In this document: in pieces, positions 7,340 through 14,124 of the stretch
Layout: each line of letters starts with the position of its first letter
Position numbering within the stretch: the first letter of the stretch is position 1
IMG/VR virus record: IMGVR_UViG_3300001688_000010
Origin: a virus
Length of the DNA stretch: 39,860 nucleotides
Direction: 5' to 3' (one strand)
The notes under the pieces: model-generated
The model's input: only the letters and a program-made list of their open reading frames with translations
What the model was told of the DNA's origin: nothing
The model's database searches: none
Translations under genes and position numbers: made by a program

Positions 7340-7765
7340 TTAGCCGCCGATCTTCCTGGATCTCTTTGTAAGATCGCCCAGCATAAAGTCAATATACAGA
7401 GCGACACGGGTCTCCAGCTCCTTCACGTCCTGCTCTGTCACCTCGTACTCAGCGCCGCCATGGGTCAGAATGACATCGCCGTCGGCGCTATAAATGAGGT
7501 TATAACCCAGGAGCGCCATCTGCTGCTCCAGGCAATAGCTGAAGCTGCTCTCGACGCGCTTCTCTGTCCAGCCGGAGAACTCCACCGGAGTCATGCCCAG
7601 CGCCTTCGCAAAGGCCGGCACCTTCGTCCTGGGGACGTCGGCAAGGCCCAGCTCGATCTTGTTAATGCTGCTTTTATGTTTATATCCAAGGATCCGGGCC
7701 AGCTCCTCCTGGCTCAGTCCGAGTTCTTCGCGCTTCCGTTTAATTAGATCACCGAGTTCGTACAT
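7340..7765 (-). CDS. XRE-family HTH repressor (cI-like), apparently co-transcribed with the integrase
   Basis: N-terminal HTH_3 motif LGLSQEELARILGYKHKSSINKIELG. It diverges from the early operon. No S24 peptidase motifs are seen in the C-terminal half. Confidence 0.85.
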   Translation of the reverse strand: MYELGDLIKRKREELGLSQEELARILGYKHKSSINKIELGLADVPRTKVPAFAKALGMTPVEFSGWTEKRVESSFSYCLEQQMALLGYNLIYSADGDVILTHGGAEYEVTEQDVKELETRVALYIDFMLGDLTKRSRKIGG

Positions 7766-7788
7766 AATGAAGCACCTCCTCCGAGGTC

Positions 7789-7817
7789 ATTCTATCATAT
7801 GGTGTAAAATTTTTCTA
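7789..7817 (-). promoter_or_regulatory. Leftward promoter for repressor/integrase (extended -10 TGaTAGAAT, weak -35 TAGAAA)
   Basis: On the - strand, TGATAGAAT is at 7797..7789 and the -35 lies 17 nt upstream, overlapping operator O1. Confidence 0.5.
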
Positions 7818-7818
7818 C
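7802..7818. promoter_or_regulatory. Operator O1 (gtgtaaaa-t-ttttctac), a 17-bp palindrome family
   Basis: Matches the perfect palindrome at 10292..10308 at 14/16 arm positions. Confidence 0.55.
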
Positions 7819-7836
7819 TATTTTTGCAAAAATATC

Positions 7837-7865
7837 TTGACATTATTCTACGCCCATGCTATCTT
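7837..7865 (+). promoter_or_regulatory. Rightward early promoter (-35 TTGACA, 17-nt spacer, -10 TATCTT)
   Basis: Hexamers read directly from the sequence. It lies in the AT-rich divergent intergenic region upstream of the first early gene. Confidence 0.6.
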
Positions 7866-7872
7866 GTTGATG

Positions 7873-7889
7873 GTAGAATTATTTTCTAC
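7873..7889. promoter_or_regulatory. Operator O2 (gtagaatt-a-ttttctac) just downstream of the early -10
   Basis: Same 17-bp palindrome family, with 14/16 arm positions matching the perfect copy. Its position is suited to repressing the rightward promoter. Confidence 0.6.
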
Positions 7890-7927
7890 TTTTCAAGAAG
7901 AACACACCACCGACAGGAGGACACACC

Positions 7928-8773
7928 ATGACGAAGAAAGAGCTCGAAGCTAAGGTAATAAATGCCCAGGCCACCGTCACGAAGCGGAAAGCCGTCCTTG
8001 CTAAACATCACGAACAGCTGGCCAAGTTGATCGCTAAGGGCGCCGACGCCTTCGACATCCGCTGGAAAGAGGACGACATCAAAACCGCCACCCAGAAACT
8101 CGCCGACGCTGAGCGCATCGCGCAGAACTGGCAGGAAAAACTCGGCGCCCAGATCAGTCGAGACGCTTTTATCGAGGCCAACACGCCCCAAGTGATCAAA
8201 GACTTCCTTGAAAAATGGAAAGCCAGCGCCATCGAATACTACCGCGAGCGCCGGCTGAATTTCATCGCCTACCGGAAAGAACTCCGTCAGAAAGAGCGCG
8301 AGGCTCGTCTGGAGGCCCTGCGCACTCTCCCCGAGCTGGAGCGCTACCGGGAGATCTACAAGGACCGAGAGCCCAGTGACAGCGATCTCGCCAACCTCTG
8401 GCCCCGGAAGGCCGTCGAGGATTTCCTCAAAGAGCGCGGCCTCGACTACAAGGGCGTCCGTGAAAAGCTGGCCGCGAGAACTGACGCTGTCACCAATCGA
8501 CTGCTGGAGATCCGCGACGAAACAGAGCGTGAGACCTGGCTCGAAAACACCATGGAAGAAGAAAAGAAGGCCAAGCTCGCCGACCTGATCGGCCGGATCA
8601 ACAAAGTCGTCGGCACGATCACAGACGCTTCTGGTCTGGACATCGGCGGCAAAGGAGATATTAACGGCATCATTATCGGGACCGAAGGCAAGGCCGTGAT
8701 CGAGACCTTCGGCGTGGCCGGCTATAACATCGTCTGCTTCCATTTCCGGACTACAATCCGCGAGATCAAATAA
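7928..8773 (+). CDS. Hypothetical coiled-coil protein (281 aa), first gene of the early operon
   Basis: AGGAGG RBS, coding-like composition, no recognisable domain. Confidence 0.7.
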   Translation: MTKKELEAKVINAQATVTKRKAVLAKHHEQLAKLIAKGADAFDIRWKEDDIKTATQKLADAERIAQNWQEKLGAQISRDAFIEANTPQVIKDFLEKWKASAIEYYRERRLNFIAYRKELRQKEREARLEALRTLPELERYREIYKDREPSDSDLANLWPRKAVEDFLKERGLDYKGVREKLAARTDAVTNRLLEIRDETERETWLENTMEEEKKAKLADLIGRINKVVGTITDASGLDIGGKGDINGIIIGTEGKAVIETFGVAGYNIVCFHFRTTIREIK

Positions 8774-8783
8774 GGAGGACACC

Positions 8784-9122
8784 ATGAACAAGATCACCAC
8801 CATCACCCGGATCACCAGCAAAGTGCTGGACAAGTATCGCAACTCGATCCCGCGCAAGGCGTTCATCGACGCCATGGAGCAGGTGGCCGCCGAGGCCATC
8901 ACCTCCGGAGAGAAGCAGCTGGGGGCTCCGGTCCCCGGCATCGAGATCCTAAAGCGCCCCGACGCCACCGCCGGCGAGCTCGCCGATCTGATCTCCGGCG
9001 CCTGCCCTCCGTTTCCCAACGGCTTCAGCGAGGTGCACTGCGACGAGCAGAGCTGCCGCGCCTGCTGGCTGGCCTGGCTCACTACGGGCAAGTCGCCCAG
9101 CTGCAAGGAGGTGGCGGACTGA
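8784..9122 (+). CDS. Hypothetical protein with a C-terminal Cys motif (HCDEQSCRACWLAWL)
   Basis: AGGAGG RBS. ORF of 112 aa. Confidence 0.65.
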   Translation: MNKITTITRITSKVLDKYRNSIPRKAFIDAMEQVAAEAITSGEKQLGAPVPGIEILKRPDATAGELADLISGACPPFPNGFSEVHCDEQSCRACWLAWLTTGKSPSCKEVAD

Positions 9123-9532
9123 TGGCTGCATACATGAGAAAGACGGGGATCCTCCCCGTCTGCACCAATAACGAGGCCCGGGACTACTTCGCCGGCAAGG
9201 GCCTCACCTATGACAACGTGACCGAGGGCGACATCCTCACCCTGGTCATGCTGCTGAACAAGCACATCAAGAAGGCCAACGCAGACTGCGAGACCTCGAT
9301 GGGCTCCATGTACCTGAGCCGCCGGATCGACCTCAAGCGGAAGACCAACGGCACCCTGATCAGCTGCTTCCTCTACGTCAACAGCCACTACTTCGAGCGC
9401 CGGGAGTGTATCAGCTTCAATGCTGACGGCTGGATCGGCTTCGCCGGCTGGGCTGACCAGGGAAACACCAACCCCATCCTGCGGGCGTTCCTCGAATGGT
9501 GCGACCTGCTCCACCAGGAGGTGACAGCATGA
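9122..9532 (+). CDS. Hypothetical protein (136 aa)
   Basis: AGGAGG RBS. The start overlaps the upstream stop (TGATG). Confidence 0.65.
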   Translation: MAAYMRKTGILPVCTNNEARDYFAGKGLTYDNVTEGDILTLVMLLNKHIKKANADCETSMGSMYLSRRIDLKRKTNGTLISCFLYVNSHYFERRECISFNADGWIGFAGWADQGNTNPILRAFLEWCDLLHQEVTA

Positions 9533-9750
9533 CCCGTTTCACGTTCTACCTCAACTACCTCGTCTGCCTGATCTGCACGCTGATCGCCTTCGAACTCTGC
9601 TGGATCGGCGCCAAGTACGTCATCGAAGGCGAAGTGATCCACACCTACCTCGATCACTTCATCGCCGTGTGCGGCTCCTGGTATCTGGCCAGGGACACCA
9701 TGAAGCTCTGGGTGAAGCTGAAGATCAAGGCCCAGAAGGCCCAACACTAA
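9529..9750 (+). CDS. Small membrane protein (73 aa, two hydrophobic helices)
   Basis: Internal ATG of the listed ORF 9496..9750, preceded by AGGAGG and overlapping the upstream stop (ATGA). Confidence 0.6.
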   Translation: MTRFTFYLNYLVCLICTLIAFELCWIGAKYVIEGEVIHTYLDHFIAVCGSWYLARDTMKLWVKLKIKAQKAQH

Positions 9751-9760
9751 GGAGGCAACC

Positions 9761-10063
9761 ATGAAGAAGATCGTCCCGCTGCAGAACTACTCAAGAGAGG
9801 TGCAGATCATGGCCCACATGATCGGCCTGAACAATAAGCGCCCCTATGTCCGGCACGGCCGCCGCTACTACAAGCCCTACCGCAGCTACTTCTGCGCGGC
9901 ACTGTCCGGCCCTGACTACGAAGCACTGCGAGCGCTGGAGCGCAGAGGCCTCGTCGAGAGCGGCAGGCCGGGGAAGAAAACCGTCTATTTCTGGACGACC
10001 AGAGACGGACTGGACTGGCTGGGCCGCAAGCTCAACATCCAGATCCATGACCCGGAGAATTAA
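9761..10063 (+). CDS. Hypothetical protein (100 aa), possibly a winged-helix fold
   Basis: AGGAGG RBS. Basic N-terminal half. No firm domain call. Confidence 0.6.
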   Translation: MKKIVPLQNYSREVQIMAHMIGLNNKRPYVRHGRRYYKPYRSYFCAALSGPDYEALRALERRGLVESGRPGKKTVYFWTTRDGLDWLGRKLNIQIHDPEN

Positions 10064-10082
10064 CACAAGGAAGGAGATCCAC

Positions 10083-10289
10083 ATGAAAGTAAACACCGAA
10101 CTGCTCCAGAAGAAGATCAAGGACAGCGGCCTGAAGATGGGCTTCATCGCTGAAAAGCTGGGCCGGTCCCGCCAGGCTCTGAGCGACAAGATCAAGGGCG
10201 AGACCGAGTTCCTGCCCAGTGAGATCCGAGTGCTCTGCGAGCTGCTGCGACTGACTGACGAGGAGCGTCGTCTAATTTTTTTAATCTAA
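10083..10289 (+). CDS. Small HTH DNA-binding protein (68 aa), Cro-like or early regulator candidate
   Basis: In-frame ATG with a GGAGA RBS inside the listed ORF 9846..10289. HTH-like segment MGFIAEKLGRSRQALSDKIKG. Confidence 0.65.
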   Translation: MKVNTELLQKKIKDSGLKMGFIAEKLGRSRQALSDKIKGETEFLPSEIRVLCELLRLTDEERRLIFLI

Positions 10290-10291
10290 AG

Positions 10292-10308
10292 GTAGAAAAA
10301 TTTTCTAC
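10292..10308. promoter_or_regulatory. Operator O3: perfect 17-bp palindrome gtagaaaa-a-ttttctac
   Basis: Perfect inverted repeat 3 nt after the stop of the small HTH gene. It belongs to the same family as O1 and O2, about 2.4 kb away. Confidence 0.6.
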
Positions 10309-10324
10309 AGAGGAGGACAACACC

Positions 10325-10531
10325 ATGAAGAAAAAGAGACCCCAGCCCCAGCAGGACAAGCGCTACAAGTGCTGCGAGACCTGCGGCAATATGCAGCCCA
10401 TCGGAGAGGGCGACCACATCTGCGACGCCTGCTGCGGCCACGATGGCAGCCCCTGCGCTCTGATCCTGGAGGACTACACCCCGGCCGACGACTACTTCAT
10501 CTGCGAGGGAAGCAGGTGGACACCACAATGA
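10325..10531 (+). CDS. Small Cys-rich (zinc-finger-like) protein
   Basis: CCETCG..HICDACCGHDGSPC. AGGAGG RBS. Confidence 0.6.
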   Translation: MKKKRPQPQQDKRYKCCETCGNMQPIGEGDHICDACCGHDGSPCALILEDYTPADDYFICEGSRWTPQ

Positions 10532-11136
10532 GCGCGACCAACCGAGGCGGCGAGCGCAAGGCCTACGACTTTTACGCCACCCCGCCTGAGACCGTTCGCA
10601 GCTTCCTGGCCAACTTCGACGGCATCAGCTCCGACGACCGTATTCTGGAGCCATCCGCCGGCAACGGCCAGATCATTCAAGTGCTAAGGGAGAGCGGCTA
10701 CACCAACCAGATTGACGCCGTGGAGCTGCGACCAGAGGAGCAGGCCGTCCTGGAGGCTCTGGCCGATAACGTCACCATCGGCAGCTTCTTCGATTACAAG
10801 CCCGGCTATGGCTACGACGTCATCATAGGCAACCCGCCCTACAGCATGGCCCTGGAGTTCATCAACAAGAGCCTGGAGCTGCTGCATCCCGGGGGCCGGC
10901 TGATCTTCCTCCTCCGGACGAACTTCCTGGAGAGCGAGAAGCGCTTCAAATGGTGGCAAGAGCACCCGCTCAGCGGGCTCTACACCCTGCACAAGCGCCC
11001 CAGCTTCACCGGCCGAGGCACTGACGCCACCAGCTACTCCTGGTTTGTATGGGAGCGGGGGGGGGACCGGCTGCATAGGCCGCCAGACCATCAAAACCAT
11101 CTAAGGAGGACAAGCACATGGAAAACATCGACCTGA
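10528..11136 (+). CDS. DNA N6-adenine methyltransferase (motif I then NPPY). The 3' end is probably out of frame after the G9 tract at 11057..11065.
   Basis: ILEPSAGNGQ (SAM motif) and IIGNPPYS. The ATG at 10528 overlaps the upstream stop. With one fewer G the ORF ends at about 11104, just before the next RBS. Confidence 0.8.
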   Translation: MSATNRGGERKAYDFYATPPETVRSFLANFDGISSDDRILEPSAGNGQIIQVLRESGYTNQIDAVELRPEEQAVLEALADNVTIGSFFDYKPGYGYDVIIGNPPYSMALEFINKSLELLHPGGRLIFLLRTNFLESEKRFKWWQEHPLSGLYTLHKRPSFTGRGTDATSYSWFVWERGGDRLHRPPDHQNHLRRTSTWKTST

Positions 11137-11294
11137 CAATGCTGGCCCGCTCGGCCTACCGAGCGATCCTGAGAGATATGGAGGTAAAGAAGAATGAAAA
11201 GACGCAGACGTCGCCGGACATGGCCGGCCAACCTGCTCAGCCTGCTGCTGGGCGTCCTGATCGGCTCCCTGGCTGGTCTGGCTCACTGGCATAG
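11118..11294 (+). CDS. Possible small ORF (58 aa)
   Basis: Strong AGGAGG RBS 8 nt upstream of the ATG. It overlaps the start of the next gene. No homology evidence. Confidence 0.3.
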   Translation: MENIDLTMLARSAYRAILRDMEVKKNEKTQTSPDMAGQPAQPAAGRPDRLPGWSGSLA

Positions 11295-11844
11295 TGTAAC
11301 CGCACCCCTGGACGTTGTGGCCACGGTGACGCCGGTGGAGCCTCCTCCCGTGGTCTCCTACGAACTCCAGGAGCTCGCCAAAGAGCCGGAGCCCTACAAC
11401 GACCCAGGGATCCCAGACGAGGTGGAGGAAGCCGCCAGAACCGCCGGCGAGATCTACGGCATCTCTCCGGAGCTGCTGGAGGCAATCGCCTGGCACGAGA
11501 GCCGCTTCCAGACTGACGCTGTGAATGGCGACTGCACCGGCCTGATGCAGGTCTCCCTCTACTGGCACGCCGACCGCATGGAGCGGCTGGGCGTGACCGA
11601 GGCCGAGATGTGGGAAGCCGGTCCGAACATGATGGTCGCCGCTGACTTCCTGGCCGAACTGTTCCGGATCTATGACAACGATCTGGGCGCGGTCCTGATG
11701 TACTACAACGGCGACGGACGCCTGGACGGCTATCTGGCCGGAGGCGAGCTGAGCTGGTACGCGGCGAGTGTCATGGACATGGCCGAGCTGCTGGCAGAGC
11801 ATGAAGTGGAGGAGGTGGTGCTTATGGCTGCACAAAAAGAATGA
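11194..11844 (+). CDS. Membrane-anchored lytic transglycosylase (SLT domain)
   Basis: Arg-rich N-terminus plus a TM helix. SLT motifs AIAWHESRFQ..GLMQV..YYNG. Confidence 0.8.
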   Translation: MKRRRRRRTWPANLLSLLLGVLIGSLAGLAHWHSVTAPLDVVATVTPVEPPPVVSYELQELAKEPEPYNDPGIPDEVEEAARTAGEIYGISPELLEAIAWHESRFQTDAVNGDCTGLMQVSLYWHADRMERLGVTEAEMWEAGPNMMVAADFLAELFRIYDNDLGAVLMYYNGDGRLDGYLAGGELSWYAASVMDMAELLAEHEVEEVVLMAAQKE

Positions 11845-11919
11845 GGCCCCGAGGACAAAGCCCCGGAGCCCCAGAAGAACACACCCCAATTATATCACAG
11901 CTAAGGAGGATTTCAACGC

Positions 11920-12378
11920 ATGAAGATCAAAGTCGAATTTGAAAGTCTGGACGAGTTCAAGGAGTACATGGGCATCGTGTCCCCTTCCCTCGCCGCAGCA
12001 CCCGCTCAGGCAGAGCCTGAGACCACCGCAGAGCCTGAGCTCGCCCAGGGAGACCCCCAGGAGGCGGCCCAGAACGCCCAGGAGGACGCCGAAGCTCCTC
12101 AGCCTAAGAATGACACCACCAAGACCCAGGAAGCCGCTCCTGCGGAAAATGAGGCCGCTCCTGACCCCGATCCGGAGCCTGAGCAGCCCGCAAAGGTGAC
12201 GGAAGACTTCCGCATCGTTGTCCGCAAGCAGCTCGCCGCTCTCAATAAGAAATGCGGCTACAACCGCGCCGCCGAACTGATCAAAGAGCTGACCGGCAAG
12301 AACAAGCTCACCGAAGTGAACCTCGCCGATCTGCCGAAGGTCATGGACCACGCAAAGGAGGAAACCAATGCCGACTAA
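11920..12378 (+). CDS. Hypothetical protein with an acidic P/E/A-rich linker
   Basis: AGGAGG RBS. Low-complexity centre with a structured C-terminal segment. Confidence 0.6.
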   Translation: MKIKVEFESLDEFKEYMGIVSPSLAAAPAQAEPETTAEPELAQGDPQEAAQNAQEDAEAPQPKNDTTKTQEAAPAENEAAPDPDPEPEQPAKVTEDFRIVVRKQLAALNKKCGYNRAAELIKELTGKNKLTEVNLADLPKVMDHAKEETNAD

Positions 12379-13546
12379 ACACGCCCGCTGCTCTGCGTCG
12401 GCCGCGCATCGCTGGATCAACTGCCCCGGATCCGTCGCACTGTCTGACCAGTGTCCGGATCCCGGCACCAGCAGCTACGCCGACGAGGGCACCCTGGCCC
12501 ACAGCCTGGCCGAGCTGAAGCTCAGGCACGCGCTGAAGGAGCTGACCACGGGCCAGTACAAGAAAAAGCTGGCAAAGATCCAGCAGAGTGACTACTACAA
12601 CGCCGAGATGGACGAGGCCACCGACTTCTATGTGGACGCTGTCCTGGAGGAGTTCGCCGCTGCCGACGAAGGCGCCGAGCTGATGATCGAGCAGCAGCTC
12701 AGCCTGGAGCAGTGGATCCCGGAGGGCTTCGGCACCTCTGACGTGGTCATCGTCAGCAACACCCAGATCCAGGTCATCGACCTGAAGTACGGCAAAGGCA
12801 TCAAGGTCGAGGCCAAGAACAACCCCCAGCTCCGCCTCTACGGTCTGGGCGCCGCTGTCCTGTTTGGCAGCGTCTACGACTTCGACACCGTGAAGACCAC
12901 AGTCATCCAGCCCCGCCTCGATCACGTCGACAGCGAGGTCGTGATCCTGAAGGAGCTGCTGCTCTGGGGCGAGGAGGAAGTCGCGCCCCGCGCCATCATG
13001 GCCATGGAGGGCACCGACTACATGGCAGCCGGCGACTGGTGCCGCTTCTGCCCTGCCAAGACCCGCTGCCGCAAGCGTGCCGAGTTCAACCTGGAGCTGG
13101 CCCGCATGGAGTTCCAGAAGCCTCCGCTGCTCTCTGACGAGGAGATCGGCGAGGTGCTGGCCAAGGCCGACCACCTTCAGAAATGGGCCGAGGAGGTCAA
13201 CCAGTACGCACTGGAGCAGGCTCTGGCCGGCAAGCACTTCGAGGGATGGAAGCTGGTCGAGGGCCGCAGCATCCGCAAGTACGCAGACGAGACCAAGGTG
13301 GCCAGCACGCTGATGGCTGCCGGCTTCGACGAGGCGATGCTCTACCAGCGCAAGCTCAACGGCATCACCGAGATGGAGAAACTCGTCGGCAAGAAGAAGC
13401 TGGCCGCCACCCTGGGCGACCTGCTGATCAAACCCGCAGGCAAGCCGGTCCTCGTGCCGGAGTCTGATAAACGCGAAGCCATCAACACGACAGAAGCGGC
13501 GAAGGCCGACTTCACAAACACCGACGACGAGATCGCGTCGTTCTAA
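12368..13546 (+). CDS. PD-(D/E)XK / Cas4-like nuclease (DUF2800 family)
   Basis: N-terminus SASAAHRWINCPGS, internal DVVIV..DLKYGKG, C-terminal Cys cluster CRFCPAKTRC. Synteny with DUF2815 and PolA. Confidence 0.8.
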   Translation: MPTKHARCSASAAHRWINCPGSVALSDQCPDPGTSSYADEGTLAHSLAELKLRHALKELTTGQYKKKLAKIQQSDYYNAEMDEATDFYVDAVLEEFAAADEGAELMIEQQLSLEQWIPEGFGTSDVVIVSNTQIQVIDLKYGKGIKVEAKNNPQLRLYGLGAAVLFGSVYDFDTVKTTVIQPRLDHVDSEVVILKELLLWGEEEVAPRAIMAMEGTDYMAAGDWCRFCPAKTRCRKRAEFNLELARMEFQKPPLLSDEEIGEVLAKADHLQKWAEEVNQYALEQALAGKHFEGWKLVEGRSIRKYADETKVASTLMAAGFDEAMLYQRKLNGITEMEKLVGKKKLAATLGDLLIKPAGKPVLVPESDKREAINTTEAAKADFTNTDDEIASF

Positions 13547-13566
13547 AATCAAGGAGGAAAATAAAA

Positions 13567-14112
13567 ATGTCTAACACCAAAATCATCACCGGAAAAGTTC
13601 GCTTCAGCTATGTGAACATCTTCAAGAGCCGCGCCTTCCAGGCCGGTCAGGACGCCAAGTACAGCATCTGCCTGCTGATCCCCAAGGAGGACAAGGCCAC
13701 CATCAAGAAGATCCGCGCAGCCATCGACGCGGCCGTCCAGGACGGCATCGCCTCCAAGTGGGGCGGCAAGAAGCCCGGCAACCTGAAGCTGCCCCTGCGC
13801 GACGGCGACGCCGAGCGTGCTGACGAGGCTCCTGAGTACGAGGGTATGTACTTCCTCAACTGCAACAGCAACCAGAAGCCCGGCATCGTGGACAAGGATC
13901 TGAACGAGATCCTGGACCCCGACGAGGTCTACTCCGGCTGCTGGGGCCGCGCCTCCATCAACTTCTTCCCCTTCAACACCAACGGCAACAAGGGCGTCGG
14001 CGTCGGCCTGAACAACATCCAGAAGCTGAAGGACGACGAGCCCCTGGGCGCTGCTCGTGCCTCTGCCGAGTCTGACTTCGGTGACGGCTTCGAGGACGAC
14101 GAGGACTTCTAA
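13567..14112 (+). CDS. DUF2815-family ssDNA-binding protein with an acidic C-terminal tail
   Basis: ITGKVRFSYVNIF..LPLRDGD..YFLNCNS pattern and a DDEDF tail. Conserved position between the DUF2800 nuclease and the polymerase. Confidence 0.75.
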   Translation: MSNTKIITGKVRFSYVNIFKSRAFQAGQDAKYSICLLIPKEDKATIKKIRAAIDAAVQDGIASKWGGKKPGNLKLPLRDGDAERADEAPEYEGMYFLNCNSNQKPGIVDKDLNEILDPDEVYSGCWGRASINFFPFNTNGNKGVGVGLNNIQKLKDDEPLGAARASAESDFGDGFEDDEDF

Positions 14113-14124
14113 GGAGGGACGACG

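Noticed and set aside
10292-10308. Perfect palindrome considered as an intrinsic terminator for the small HTH gene
   Set aside because: The stem would be A/U-only with a 1-nt loop, which is sterically and energetically implausible as an RNA hairpin. The sequence family recurs at the promoters, pointing to a protein-binding operator.
10369-10527. Upstream extension of the methyltransferase ORF (listed start 10369)
   Set aside because: The extension overlaps the Cys-rich gene out of frame and encodes an Arg/Pro-rich low-complexity sequence. The ATG at 10528 overlaps the upstream stop, and the conserved region begins right after it.
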